The notes under the pieces: generated by a model
Told to the model about the DNA's origin: nothing
Seen by the model: the letters and a program-made list of their open reading frames with translations, nothing else
Database searches by the model: none
Shown: positions 10,959 through 21,634 of the stretch, one piece after another
Layout of the letters: every line of letters begins with the position of its first letter
Position numbering within the stretch: position 1 is the first letter of the stretch
Translations under genes and position numbers: made by a program
Assembly (NCBI GenBank): GCA_050049775.1
Contig: JASFVP010000005.1
Span: 32,896 to 96,895, forward strand
DNA from: Chromatiales bacterium
GTDB lineage: Bacteria > Pseudomonadota > Gammaproteobacteria > Chromatiales > Chromatiaceae
Length of the DNA stretch: 64,000 nt
Direction: 5' to 3'

Positions 10959-12152
10959 TTAATGAGAACTGTCCAGGACACTCTCGAGGTAGCTGGTTGA
11001 CAAGATTCCTTTACCCGATGAAGTTTGAAAAACAGTACAGTCCAAAATCATGTTTGTTTCGATCATCACAGGGCCGTTTTCAGTCACTGCAATATCATGC
11101 CCCAGTACAACAAAATCATTCAGGTTCCGGTGGAAATTCAAACCTGTTTCAATCATTTCCTGGAAAAATGGAAACTGCATCCCTGTGAAAACATTGCCAT
11201 TGACATCTGAATCAACCGATAAAGGCAATATTGGATTTTTGCCGCAATATACCTGGGACCCTTTCCCTAATTTTCCTGAGTTTAAGTCAATATCGATTAC
11301 CGTTCTGTTTTGTCCATGATTGTCGGAAATTTTTCCTGATTCATTGATCTTGAATGTTGCGGTTACAGGTAAAAAATCGTCTTTCAATTTTACAGTCCAC
11401 AGCCTTACGGTAAAAAGTGCATCAGATCCAAAACGCAATAGTGCAGAATGGTTCTTGATTACTTCCTGCAAGACGATTCGGTCACCCCATATTAAAGGGG
11501 TATTCTCCAGGTAATTTAAAACTTCTTGCCTTGCTAGTGATTTGTGGTTTGACTTATTGTCTTTAATATCCCATCGATCATTTCCTGCGCGCAATATTAT
11601 TGCCTGACCCTTGCCTAAATAGCCATCAATCGGTTTTAAAAAAATACTTTCTTTTTCATCCAGCAAGAGATTGATCTTTTTTAAATTTTCATCAAAAAAC
11701 AATTCATCCGGCTTGTACGTCAGATAGATTTTTGGTGTTGCTATGCCATTTGTATTACAGAAATCAGCAAACTTTGCTTTGTCTGAAACAATCTCTATAT
11801 TTTTCGGTAAAGGCACATTTTCCGATAAATAGGTATTCAGATTTACAACTTGCCTCCTCGATAAAAATTCATTCAGTTCCTTAACTCGAAGCGAGGTTCG
11901 GAAACAAAATCCCTGACTGTAATACGCGGTTGGCTCCATGCGCAAAAGAATGACAATCTTAAGCCTTTCCAGCACTTGCTGTGTGTAGGATTTACCATTG
12001 GTCTTTTTTATAGCAGAGAAAAAATCAGAGCGGATAAAAAAACACTCAACTATCGACCGAAGCGGGAATACAAATGATCCTATGGTTTTGTATATTCCCC
12101 TGCGCTCAACTTTTGCAAGCAGACTACGTGGCAAGGTTCTTCTTTCAAGCAT
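10959..12152 (-). CDS. ATP-grasp family enzyme (alpha-L-glutamate ligase / sugar-transfer-associated ATP-grasp-like)
   Basis: FLKPIDGYLGKGQAII glycine-rich loop and a downstream E-x-N (MIETN) motif typical of ATP-grasp ligases. Very AT-rich and convergent with the PEP-CTERM gene. Confidence 0.5.
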   Translation of the reverse strand: MLERRTLPRSLLAKVERRGIYKTIGSFVFPLRSIVECFFIRSDFFSAIKKTNGKSYTQQVLERLKIVILLRMEPTAYYSQGFCFRTSLRVKELNEFLSRRQVVNLNTYLSENVPLPKNIEIVSDKAKFADFCNTNGIATPKIYLTYKPDELFFDENLKKINLLLDEKESIFLKPIDGYLGKGQAIILRAGNDRWDIKDNKSNHKSLARQEVLNYLENTPLIWGDRIVLQEVIKNHSALLRFGSDALFTVRLWTVKLKDDFLPVTATFKINESGKISDNHGQNRTVIDIDLNSGKLGKGSQVYCGKNPILPLSVDSDVNGNVFTGMQFPFFQEMIETGLNFHRNLNDFVVLGHDIAVTENGPVMIETNMILDCTVFQTSSGKGILSTSYLESVLDSSH

Positions 12153-12278
12153 TGTATCGCCTCATTTGATATCGTATCCCGGTCCTTAAAGTACAGCTCG
12201 TGATGAAATGACTGACAGGTATTCCATGCTTATTATTGCAGTTATTTTGGTCGGCATCCCGAAACAGTCTGGTTATTA

Positions 12279-14813
12279 ATGCACAAAACGAATTTCAATC
12301 CTCATGTTCTTCCTGATCTGCCCATCAAGGCGTGTCTGGAAGATTTGTACTCGGCATTACGTCACGGCCATGTGACACTGAGTGCAACACCGGGCTCGGG
12401 CAAGACCACCGTTGTGCCCATTGCCTTACTGGATCAACCCTGGCTGGAAGGTAAGAAGATCATCGTGCTGGAGCCGCGTCGTCCGGCGGCGCGCATGGCG
12501 GCGCATCGCATGGCATTTCTGCTCGGTGAAAAAGTTGGGCAAACCATCGGTTACCAGGTGCGCTTTGACCGGCAGATTTCCCGGCAAACCCGTATCGAGG
12601 TATTGACGGAGGGGCTGTTGCTTAGGCGCTTGCAGTCCGATCCGGAACTGGCCGATGTCGGCCTAGTCATCTTTGACGAGTTCCACGAACGCAATCTGGT
12701 GGCCGACTTGTCGCTGGCCCTGTGCCTGGATATCTGCCGCGGGCTGCGTGATGACCTGCGTCTGCTGGTGATGTCGGCTTCGCTGGATGAGCAGGCGGTC
12801 AATCAATTACTGGGTGCGCAGCAGATCACTGCCGGTGGTCAGTTGCATCCGGTGACGATTCATTACGCGAAACAGGATGCGGCATTGAATCAGGTGGTCG
12901 ACGATTGCCTGCCCTTGATCGAACAGGCGCTGCAAACTGTCGCGGCGGATGTACTCGTTTTCCTGCCCGGGCGTGGCGAGATCACTCGCTTGCAGGCACT
13001 GGCCGAAGAACGCTGGGGCAATGACTGTGAAGTGCTGACGCTGTATGGCGAACTGAGTACGGAACAGCAGGACAGGGTGTTAAGGCCGGCATCGCGTGGC
13101 AAACGTCGCCTGATTTTGAGCACCGACATTGCCGAGACCAGTCTGACGATTGAAGGCATCGAAGCGGTAGTCGATGGAGGCCGGGCGCGCAAACCGGTGT
13201 TCCAGCCCAACAGCGGCCTGACCCGGCTGGAGACACGCTGGATATCCAAAGCCTCGGCATTGCAGCGTGCCGGTCGTGCCGGCCGTCTCGGCCCCGGTCA
13301 TTGTTTTCGTGCCTGGACCGCAGCACGCCAGCAGCGACTGGAAGACTGGATTCGACCGGAAATTCTCGATGCCGACCTGGCGCCACTGGCGCTGGAACTG
13401 GCCGCCTGGGGCGTGACCGAACCCGAAGAGATGCTGTGGCTGGATGCACCGCCCAAAGCACACTGGCAACAGGCGGTGGAGTTGCTGCAACAATTGCAGG
13501 CGGTCAATGAACAGGGGCATATCACAGCACTGGGCAAGCGTATGTCCAGCTTGCCGGTGCACCCGCGCCTGGCGCATATGCTGTCTGCGGCGACAGGGCA
13601 GGTGGATCAACAACTGGCGGCTGACATCGCCGCCTTGCTGTCGGATCGCGATCCGTTGTTACGACGATCAGGTGAAGCGCTGCCGGCTGATATTCGTTTG
13701 CGCCTGGATGCTCTGGCTGACTGGCGCCAGGGCCGCAGCGTAAGCGCCTGTGATAAAGGCCGGCTGAAACAGCTTGATCGTCTCTCCAGCCAGTTCATGA
13801 AAATGTTACCCAAGGCTGGTAAAAGCACTGACAGCCGTTTCAGCGTGGGCAGTTGCCTGGCCATTGCCTATCCGGATCGCATCGCCAAACGCCGCAGCAA
13901 CAGCGAGGCCTATTTGATGCGCAACGGACGAGGGGTGAGCCTGCCGCCGGCCGACAGCCTGTCCAACGCCGAGTTTCTTGCCATCGCCAATCTCGACGCC
14001 GGCCAGCGCGATGGCAAGGTCTGGCTGGCGGCCAGCATCAGCCTGGCGGATATCGAGGGGCTGTTTGCCGAACAGATTGTGCAGCAACGTCAGGTTCGCT
14101 GGGATAACCAGCGTCAGGCAGTTGTTGCCAGGGAGAGGCAGACCCTGGGAGAGATTGTCCTCATCGAACAACAGGCTGCCTTGCAAACCGATGACCCGGT
14201 TGCCGAGCTGTTGCTGGAGCAGATCAAGAAACAGAGCCTGTCCCTGTTTGGAGAACAGAAGAAATTTGATTTACTGCGTGCCCGTGTACAAGCCATGCAT
14301 CGGCTGGAGCCTGATGCTGACTGGCCGGACGTATCGGAAGTCGCTCTGCTGGACCAACTTGACCAGTGGCTGTCACCCTGGCTGGATAGGGTGGATTCAC
14401 TCAAGCAACTCAAACAGGTCGATTTGCTGGCTGCGCTTACTGCCTGGCTTGGCTGGGACAAGCAACAGAGGCTGGATAAGATGTTGCCAGAATCCTTTGC
14501 GACACCGGCCGGCACGCGTCGTCCGATCACTTATGATTTGAACGAAGCGCCAGTGCTGAAAGCACCGTTGCAGGAACTGCTGGGCCTGTCCGAATCACCA
14601 CGCGTGGCCAATGGTCGGTTGCCGCTGGTCATTCATTTGTTATCACCGGCCGGCCGGCCGCTGCAGGTGACACAGGACCTCGCCACTTTCTGGGCGGGGG
14701 CCTACCAGGAGGTGAAAAAGGAAATGCGCGGCCGCTACCCAAAACACTATTGGCCGGACGATCCGGCTTCAGCCAGTGCGACACGCTTTACCAAACGGCG
14801 TATGTCAGAATGA
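12279..14813 (+). CDS. hrpB: ATP-dependent RNA helicase HrpB (DEAH-box)
   Basis: 844 aa; GSGKTT Walker A, DEFH box, HA2 and C-terminal HrpB domains; high GC. Confidence 0.9.
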   Translation: MHKTNFNPHVLPDLPIKACLEDLYSALRHGHVTLSATPGSGKTTVVPIALLDQPWLEGKKIIVLEPRRPAARMAAHRMAFLLGEKVGQTIGYQVRFDRQISRQTRIEVLTEGLLLRRLQSDPELADVGLVIFDEFHERNLVADLSLALCLDICRGLRDDLRLLVMSASLDEQAVNQLLGAQQITAGGQLHPVTIHYAKQDAALNQVVDDCLPLIEQALQTVAADVLVFLPGRGEITRLQALAEERWGNDCEVLTLYGELSTEQQDRVLRPASRGKRRLILSTDIAETSLTIEGIEAVVDGGRARKPVFQPNSGLTRLETRWISKASALQRAGRAGRLGPGHCFRAWTAARQQRLEDWIRPEILDADLAPLALELAAWGVTEPEEMLWLDAPPKAHWQQAVELLQQLQAVNEQGHITALGKRMSSLPVHPRLAHMLSAATGQVDQQLAADIAALLSDRDPLLRRSGEALPADIRLRLDALADWRQGRSVSACDKGRLKQLDRLSSQFMKMLPKAGKSTDSRFSVGSCLAIAYPDRIAKRRSNSEAYLMRNGRGVSLPPADSLSNAEFLAIANLDAGQRDGKVWLAASISLADIEGLFAEQIVQQRQVRWDNQRQAVVARERQTLGEIVLIEQQAALQTDDPVAELLLEQIKKQSLSLFGEQKKFDLLRARVQAMHRLEPDADWPDVSEVALLDQLDQWLSPWLDRVDSLKQLKQVDLLAALTAWLGWDKQQRLDKMLPESFATPAGTRRPITYDLNEAPVLKAPLQELLGLSESPRVANGRLPLVIHLLSPAGRPLQVTQDLATFWAGAYQEVKKEMRGRYPKHYWPDDPASASATRFTKRRMSE

Positions 14814-14869
14814 CATAAGCACTTTGTTGTCGAAGACAATGTCAGCGCGGACTACAAAGCGCCAGGTGC

Positions 14870-15178
14870 TTAAGAGTCCTGTTGCCAGCCGTAAGTTGAT
14901 AATGACAGCTTGTTCCCAACAAACACCATGCCCTCAGCTTCGAGCAATCTGCGCTGTCTGTTGAATGCGTCGCTTCCTTGCGGAAATGAGATTTTTCCCT
15001 GCGCATTGATAACCCGGTGCCAGGGTAACTTGCTGCCTTTGGGCAATTGCTTGAGAACGCTTCCGACATAATGCGCATGATTGGGAAACCCAGCCAGCCT
15101 GGCGACCTGACCGTAGGTAGCGACTTTGCCTTTGGGTATGGAAGCAACAATCTGCCAGATGATTTCGTTTGGTTTCAC
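14870..15178 (-). CDS. MGMT-family alkyltransferase-like DNA-binding protein (Atl/YbaZ-like)
   Basis: 102 aa with the conserved HRV(I/V)N..G motif (PWHRVINAQG) but no acceptor Cys context; typical Atl size. Confidence 0.65.
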   Translation of the reverse strand: MKPNEIIWQIVASIPKGKVATYGQVARLAGFPNHAHYVGSVLKQLPKGSKLPWHRVINAQGKISFPQGSDAFNRQRRLLEAEGMVFVGNKLSLSTYGWQQDS

Positions 15179-15270
15179 GTTATTAAACTTTCAAACGCAG
15201 TAATTTATACCGCTGTCTTTGGATAATGTTCAGAAAATAAAAAGAACCATCGTTATTGATTATTATGGCT

Positions 15271-15729
15271 TTAGAAAAAATTGTTTTTATTTCCAGAAAA
15301 TGCTGGGACGCCGAAGTTTTCAAATTGCTGAGCTAATCTGATTTTGTCATCCGTTTTATACATGCCCCTGGAACAGAGATTCACTGGCCTTAATTTCCCT
15401 TTGTAATGGGTGCCTGGTTTGTAGGCAACAAAGTCGTAACGCCCCCATCTTTTTGGATACTCATATGATACCAATTCGGATAAAGGTTGTATTTTATGAT
15501 GGAAAATATACTCAATAATAATTTCCTTTTCTGTAAGAATTATTCTTCTTGGCTCGAGTAAAACACTAAGAAGTAAAGCAAATGGAACAGCCCATAAAAT
15601 AAAATGAAATGTTTTTGAGTGGATTGATATGTCTTCCCCCTGAATGAGTGAAGCTAATAATGTTAAACCTCCCAAAAGTAAACCGAGAATTATTATTCTT
15701 GGGTAGCTTCTGATAATGATGGTTTGCAT
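15271..15729 (-). CDS. Hypothetical membrane protein (AT-rich island)
   Basis: 152 aa with two or three N-terminal TM helices; low GC; no family recognised. Confidence 0.4.
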   Translation of the reverse strand: MQTIIIRSYPRIIILGLLLGGLTLLASLIQGEDISIHSKTFHFILWAVPFALLLSVLLEPRRIILTEKEIIIEYIFHHKIQPLSELVSYEYPKRWGRYDFVAYKPGTHYKGKLRPVNLCSRGMYKTDDKIRLAQQFENFGVPAFSGNKNNFF

Positions 15730-15755
15730 ATCTTCCTTCAGAAAATTCCTTTTGA

Positions 15756-16403
15756 CTAATCCAGGGTCGGATCATCGAGAGCATAGGGGATGCCTAAGGT
15801 TTCTGTGGAAAAAAGCCTGAATTGAACAGGCACGTCTTTTACAAATGGATACTTCTTCCTGAAGCCATCGATATAGCTTTCAAACTCCGAGCGACCATCT
15901 ATGTAGTAGCGCCACAGGAATGGCTCTGCCCCACAATCAAGGCCGAAATGGCCGACATAAACGATTTCACCCGGCTTGACTGTATATGTGCCTCCAACAG
16001 GCTTGCCTGCTTCAATCAGGTTCTCTTTCGTTCCTTTCATATGCATGATATCTGTTGTCGAGCGTGCAACTTTTACATCAAAGGCAGTTAATATGTATTC
16101 GCCCGGTTGCACAACATATGCGTAAGGAAGGAATTTGTTGTCAACAAACAACCTGGAAGGGGTTTCTAATTCCAGGGTAACTTGTTCTGGCTCATCGATT
16201 GGAGATTTTGTGAACGTGAGTGCTTGAAGCTGTGCATTTTCATACTGGCCACATTTCCATGTGCGCCCCCAGTTGATTTGAATGATGATGACGCCAAGCT
16301 CTTTTTTATAGGTATCTTCGTCGAGGTCAACAGGGTCAGCGGCAACGACGAGCGAAGGCAAAATAAAAACAAATACAACTAGAAACTGAACAATATTTTT
16401 CAT
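15756..16403 (-). CDS. Hypothetical secreted protein (AT-rich island)
   Basis: 215 aa with signal peptide MKNIVQFLVVFVFILPSLVVAA; no family recognised. Confidence 0.45.
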   Translation of the reverse strand: MKNIVQFLVVFVFILPSLVVAADPVDLDEDTYKKELGVIIIQINWGRTWKCGQYENAQLQALTFTKSPIDEPEQVTLELETPSRLFVDNKFLPYAYVVQPGEYILTAFDVKVARSTTDIMHMKGTKENLIEAGKPVGGTYTVKPGEIVYVGHFGLDCGAEPFLWRYYIDGRSEFESYIDGFRKKYPFVKDVPVQFRLFSTETLGIPYALDDPTLD

Positions 16404-16548
16404 TTATTATTCCTCCAGTGAGGGCTAATGACTGACAGGTGCTCTTGATGTGGTTGCCTGGCACGTCCACATGGCGATATAGGGTATATTTATGCAATTG
16501 TACAAAACTTACCCCCTCCGTCCCCTTTTTTAGTTGTCGAGCCACTGC

Positions 16549-16875
16549 TTAGATGCCCCCACCATTCTTGGCTACCGCAGATATGATTAGCAAAACCACT
16601 GTAAAAACAAGAAGTATTTGTAACTTTGCTTTGGGATGTTTGCCATCTGGAAATCTTGGGTGATGAGGTCCGGAAGATGTGGTGTGGCGGTGTCCCCGCC
16701 TGATAGATCTGTACGACAAGATGAACATAAAGATGACAAAGATGAAGCCACCGAAATACTGCTTGAATAATATTTCTACAGAGGTATTTCCGTAGCCTGC
16801 TCCATAGGCGAAATGAACAATAAACAAGATTGCCAAGCCGGTAATGAATGCGGTTTTCGATATATCAGTGGTCAT
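16549..16875 (-). CDS. Hypothetical small membrane protein
   Basis: 108 aa, three hydrophobic segments, low GC. Confidence 0.35.
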   Translation of the reverse strand: MTTDISKTAFITGLAILFIVHFAYGAGYGNTSVEILFKQYFGGFIFVIFMFILSYRSIRRGHRHTTSSGPHHPRFPDGKHPKAKLQILLVFTVVLLIISAVAKNGGGI

Positions 16876-16967
16876 TATTTTTGTCTTGTTTCTAACATCT
16901 AACTTTGCCGTGCTGGTGCGCTAGGAGTGCGTCCGAACTGAGGATAGTGAGCGACATGATTTTCTTG

Positions 16968-17480
16968 TTAGATAATTTTGAACCATTTGATTAAGAGATA
17001 AACAACCGAACATGCTGACACAACGTAAAATAACCCCATTAAGAAATTAAAATTGTCTAATTTGTGGATAATGGAAATTTTCTGCTTGTTACTTTTTCTC
17101 AGTTTTGAATCATGCTTCACAACGGAAAACCAGAAATCATCTGTTTCATCATAATGATGATCTTCTTTTTCATTTGAGAAATATTTACCATCCCATAGCT
17201 TTAATCTGGCTTGGAATTTTGGTGAAAGCTCCTGAAGAAATAAAACAAATTCCTGAGAAGGCATGTTAGTTATCAATTTACCATCAATATGAACTAGATA
17301 GTCCGCTCTATTTGGGCGCCAAATAGAAACATTTGGGATGTCCGGATGTGGATCAAAATATTTCGAGTCGGCAACGAACGCTTCCCATTCATTTTTTGTT
17401 ATTTCTTTCAAAGTGGAGTCATTTTCTCTGATGAGAAAAAAGGGAATCTCCATTTCGCTGAGTTCGGTCTTTATTTCCAT
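16968..17480 (-). CDS. Hypothetical protein with C-terminal TM anchor
   Basis: 170 aa with a charged N-terminal domain and a C-terminal hydrophobic helix; low GC. Confidence 0.4.
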   Translation of the reverse strand: MEIKTELSEMEIPFFLIRENDSTLKEITKNEWEAFVADSKYFDPHPDIPNVSIWRPNRADYLVHIDGKLITNMPSQEFVLFLQELSPKFQARLKLWDGKYFSNEKEDHHYDETDDFWFSVVKHDSKLRKSNKQKISIIHKLDNFNFLMGLFYVVSACSVVYLLIKWFKII

Positions 17481-17660
17481 ATTTAAATGCTTAACATTTT
17501 TGCTTTATCGCTTGAGTAGTGGAGACACCCTGTTTGAATACCATGGGGCTTTATTCGTCTTTCTGGTCCAGCCCATCGGATAAAATCAACTTTTCTACAG
17601 AAGAACTACTGTGACTACTATATTATATGTGCGTATTGATACATAAGGTATTTGCTCAAC

Positions 17661-18866
17661 ATGCAATTTGATATTCGCACGTTATTGGTGGCCGTCGCAC
17701 TGGCGAGCGTATTTTGTGCGGCTGCAAGATTCCTGCTTTGGCGGATACATCCCGCCGTCCCCGGACTTGGCCACTGGGCATTGGCCAGTGTGGCCGGTAC
17801 GCTGGCGCTCCTTATGATCTTCCTCTACGGAATCGAACACTGGCTGCCGGCATTGTCACTGGCACAGCTGTTTGTCGTTATCGGCCTGGTGCTGGCATGG
17901 GACGGCTTTCGGCGCTTTATTGGGCGACCCCCTGTCTCACGTCAGGCTTTGGCTCTACTGAGTGTCGTTGTGCTGATCTGGATCGCAGTGGCGACATTCC
18001 AACATTCACTGCTGCTCCGGGCGCTGGGTAATGCCATCCTGGTTGCCGGCTTGTCCGCGCTGATTGCACGCGAGCTGCTTACCTCGGCCAAACCCATCCC
18101 GCCGGCGATGCGCGTCACGGGATGGATGTATGCATTCAATGCGGCGATTTTTCTGATACGTGTCGTCGCTGCTGATCACAATGCCACTCCGGTGTCTCCC
18201 TTGAATCCGGATGGATTTGCGCCCGTTATGCTGCTCTGGTGGCTGTGTATGACAATCGCCGTTACCTTGGGGATGGTTCTGATGACGGCCGAACGCCTCC
18301 AGGTGGACCTTGATAAGCAGGCAAACCACGATCCGTTGACCGGCGCACTCAATCGCCGCTCCTTCCCAACTTTTGCCCAAAAGGCGATATCCCAATCCCG
18401 CCGCTGCGGCGGGCCGCTTTCACTATTGATGATGGATCTCGACAGGTTCAAACAAATTAATGACCAACTCGGCCATAACGGTGGTGATGAGTTGTTGTGC
18501 CGATTTGTGGATGTTGCTGGCCACGTACTGCGCAACGAAGATATTTTCTGCCGTTTTGGCGGTGAGGAATTCATCGCATTGTTACCCAATACCTCCGCAC
18601 AACTGGCCCAGGTGGCGGCCGAAAGACTGCGTACCGCGTTTGCAGCAGAAGCACCGGAAACTATGAGAGATGTCTTGCCCTTCGACATCACCGTCAGCAT
18701 CGGCATTGCCGAACTCGGGCAGGATGATGATATCGAAAGCCTCCTTCACCGCGCTGATACCGCTCTCTACAAGGCCAAGCGCAGGGGGCGTAACTGTTGC
18801 GAAGTCGCGGAAGGCACTCTGGAAATCACTAATGATAGGTATTTAGGATATGTGGATGCAGAGTGA
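17661..18866 (+). CDS. Diguanylate cyclase (membrane sensor domain plus GGDEF)
   Basis: Six or seven N-terminal TM helices followed by a GGDEF domain with active-site GGEEF and an RxxD I-site-like motif. Confidence 0.8.
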   Translation: MQFDIRTLLVAVALASVFCAAARFLLWRIHPAVPGLGHWALASVAGTLALLMIFLYGIEHWLPALSLAQLFVVIGLVLAWDGFRRFIGRPPVSRQALALLSVVVLIWIAVATFQHSLLLRALGNAILVAGLSALIARELLTSAKPIPPAMRVTGWMYAFNAAIFLIRVVAADHNATPVSPLNPDGFAPVMLLWWLCMTIAVTLGMVLMTAERLQVDLDKQANHDPLTGALNRRSFPTFAQKAISQSRRCGGPLSLLMMDLDRFKQINDQLGHNGGDELLCRFVDVAGHVLRNEDIFCRFGGEEFIALLPNTSAQLAQVAAERLRTAFAAEAPETMRDVLPFDITVSIGIAELGQDDDIESLLHRADTALYKAKRRGRNCCEVAEGTLEITNDRYLGYVDAE

Positions 18867-19017
18867 AAATATCTTGTATGAATATAATCTCTTTTTTTTA
18901 AACGACCTGGATTAAATCGTTTACCGCAACAACTTGCGCGACTATTCTTGGAGGTCAGAGTTAATTTTTCCCGATCCCGTTTGATTTGATTTGAGTACAA
19001 CGCTTGTTAGCGGCTTA

Positions 19018-19758
19018 TCAGCCAAGTCGAGCTGCTTCCGCAGCGATATGCCCCGCAAACGCGGTTACAAATGACTTGAGACCTGTCATAGCCGAAAGTT
19101 GAGAATATTTTCCAGAATCAACAGCGGTCCGTTCTGCAGCGATTACAGTGGCCGCAGTATATAGCTGTTCTTGCACAAGTCGCTGACATAGCAAATCGTA
19201 CCTATTGAGGTATGAAGCTCCCTTAAACTCTTCAAAAACTGGGAAGTGTGGCGATAAATCCCGCACAGGACTTCGTGATTTGGGTGCATCTTCGACCATT
19301 ATTAACCAACCCACAAATGGGCGAGGCTGTTTCCCGAAAGCTCCTTCACGATAAGCTGTCCATAGGTCATGCGCTGTTCCAATTGCTTCCTCGGTTCGGT
19401 TATTGAAGTTGTTTCCAAATGACGGGCCTACTTGGCTTTTTAATTCAATGGCAGCAACTAATTCTCCCTTGTACATAACCAATAGATCCCACAGTTTCGT
19501 CGGTCGGAAGTAGCCGGGTAGGGTTAACATTGCCCGATTCTGGTGTATCTCGGCCTGAGCAAGGCCATTAGCTTTGATGATGTCGAGCACTAGGGACAAG
19601 AAACCGTCCATGTTCTTACCGGCTGTCACGCCAGACCGTTCCCCTTGATCGGCCTTGCCGGACTCAATCTGCTTCTGCCTTGCTGCTTCGCGGTTACCCC
19701 AAAATGCCTTAACGGCTTCGCGAGCTTTCTGTTCGTAATTGACGAGATCTAGTGACAT
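19018..19758 (-). CDS. Putative type II restriction endonuclease (XhoI/PaeR7I-like)
   Basis: 246 aa, matching the size of R.PaeR7I. Immediately downstream of, contiguous with and co-oriented with an N6-adenine MTase. The family assignment is from memory of the XhoI/PaeR7I family, not a search. Confidence 0.55.
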   Translation of the reverse strand: MSLDLVNYEQKAREAVKAFWGNREAARQKQIESGKADQGERSGVTAGKNMDGFLSLVLDIIKANGLAQAEIHQNRAMLTLPGYFRPTKLWDLLVMYKGELVAAIELKSQVGPSFGNNFNNRTEEAIGTAHDLWTAYREGAFGKQPRPFVGWLIMVEDAPKSRSPVRDLSPHFPVFEEFKGASYLNRYDLLCQRLVQEQLYTAATVIAAERTAVDSGKYSQLSAMTGLKSFVTAFAGHIAAEAARLG

Positions 19759-21486
19759 TTATACTCCATTGCCGCCAAGCACAGATCGTTCTTCGTGGCT
19801 CAGGCCGTATAGCTCGAACACAGCTCGATTACATGCCTGCTTATCTCGCTTGATGGCAGCCTCAGCTAACTCGCAGCGCAGCGATTCAGGCACATCTGCC
19901 CAGTGTGGAATGCGAATGCGGCGCAGGTATTGCGCCTGGAAACGCAGGAATCCGCCCCGCATTCTTGTTGAATATGTCGCCACGAATAGACGGGCGACGG
20001 AGGACAGCAGCACAGCCTGCAGGGCGCGTAAATCCCAGCCATCTGACGTGACATAGTAGAGGTTATGATGGGGATACAGCTCGCCGCCTTCAAAGACGAT
20101 ATGAGCTTCACCCTTGATGTCCGGGATTAGGAGCTTTGGCTTGGTAGCTAGAGCCGGTGTGATGCGATCAATCGTGCGATACCAGTTAGCAGGCGTCTTC
20201 TTTGCACAGTGACGCCCGGCGATCACTTCTCGCCGATCCTCAAGGTAGTGTTGCAAGCACGGGTAGTTGTTAAGATCGATTAGGCCGCCCGACTCGGCAA
20301 AGGGATTGATGACACCCTGACCATGCCACTTAACTTCACCGGATACAATGTCCTTGGTTGTCACCAGCGGCAGCTTCCGGTCCGGCTCTACATCTAGTGC
20401 CTCGAAGTCTCCAATGAACGCCTTGTCCGCGCCGGTCGCGACGCCGATCCCAACCTTGCAGCCCACCTCTTCAAGGGTAGGGAAGCAGTTCTCCAGACGG
20501 CGAATAAGCGCCATCTGGTCAGATGACTCAAGTAGCCACGGTTCCGTGCCATTGGTGACCTGGGCGAGTTCGCGCACCGGGACTGTTTCTTTCGGCAGCG
20601 TTGGAGCACGCAGCAAGTTCGCCAGTGCTGCAAGCGACGTCCGGTCAATGCTGGGGCGGTGGGCAATACGCGTTGTCCCCGGCAATTCTCGAGAGATGAC
20701 GGTGATCGCGGGGTAAGCAATCACATCCGAGTGAAATGCCGGTGTATCCATCATATCGACATAGACTTTAAGATGGAATCGTTCGGCCACGAGGCTACGC
20801 AATGGTCCGCCATAACGGTTCTTCATCCAGCGATCCGCGCAGATAAAGCTCAACTTACCACCGTCTGACAAAACTTTCAGCGAGCGTTCGATGAAGGGGA
20901 TGTAGATGTCGGCTCGGTCATACATCGTCTGGTAGCGACTTCGATACTCGGCCAGTAGCGGGCCCGGTATCAGCTCCTGACGGACATAGGGCGGATTGCC
21001 CACTACGAAATCAAATTCGCCTTCCAGCGGTGTCAGCAGGAAATCTCCCTGCGACAACCAACGGTCAGTTAAGGTCATCGCCGTAACCTCTGCTACTCCG
21101 CTGCGTTTGAGAAATGCAACAACGGCTGCGTGGGTGTTGCAGAAGGTGTCGTGGTGCAGCTCGACCGCACAGATGGCATCGCCCAACTCGTCAAGTGTGG
21201 AACCGCTAGGACTTGCTGTTCGCCATGAGGTCAAAAGACGCTCGATGATCGGCAGCAGGAAGTCTCCGCCACCGAAAGACGGTTCCAAAAGCCGCTTTTC
21301 GTGGAGCGGTTGATCCGCCGTGTAGCCAGCCAGGTCAAGAATGAAATCAACTACCTCACGGCGCGTGAACACTGCCCCTCGAGAGTCTACCTCGGTACTC
21401 GATGACAGTTGCTCAATCGCAGCCTGTACCTCCGAAGATGTATAGGCTGGACTGTCCAGTCCCAGCGTCATTTGCGTTGATTGCAA
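19759..21486 (-). CDS. Type II N6-adenine DNA methyltransferase (gamma class, Eco57I/TaqI-like)
   Basis: 575 aa; motif [10 protein letters not shown]; N-terminal AdoMet-binding region; C-terminal target-recognition domain. The TTG start at 21486 has an AAGAGG RBS. Confidence 0.8.
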   Translation of the reverse strand: MQSTQMTLGLDSPAYTSSEVQAAIEQLSSSTEVDSRGAVFTRREVVDFILDLAGYTADQPLHEKRLLEPSFGGGDFLLPIIERLLTSWRTASPSGSTLDELGDAICAVELHHDTFCNTHAAVVAFLKRSGVAEVTAMTLTDRWLSQGDFLLTPLEGEFDFVVGNPPYVRQELIPGPLLAEYRSRYQTMYDRADIYIPFIERSLKVLSDGGKLSFICADRWMKNRYGGPLRSLVAERFHLKVYVDMMDTPAFHSDVIAYPAITVISRELPGTTRIAHRPSIDRTSLAALANLLRAPTLPKETVPVRELAQVTNGTEPWLLESSDQMALIRRLENCFPTLEEVGCKVGIGVATGADKAFIGDFEALDVEPDRKLPLVTTKDIVSGEVKWHGQGVINPFAESGGLIDLNNYPCLQHYLEDRREVIAGRHCAKKTPANWYRTIDRITPALATKPKLLIPDIKGEAHIVFEGGELYPHHNLYYVTSDGWDLRALQAVLLSSVARLFVATYSTRMRGGFLRFQAQYLRRIRIPHWADVPESLRCELAEAAIKRDKQACNRAVFELYGLSHEERSVLGGNGV

Positions 21487-21634
21487 GAAATAGCCTCTTT
21501 GTGTAGATGTGGTTGAATTGCTAACGCCGGCCGTAACCGGTGCATTTGCAGTAAGAGCAGCGAACGAAAAATACGTCTGACGGCCTCGTATGTGTGTTTT
21601 CGTTTAACATATTTACGGCATCAGAATTTGCTTT

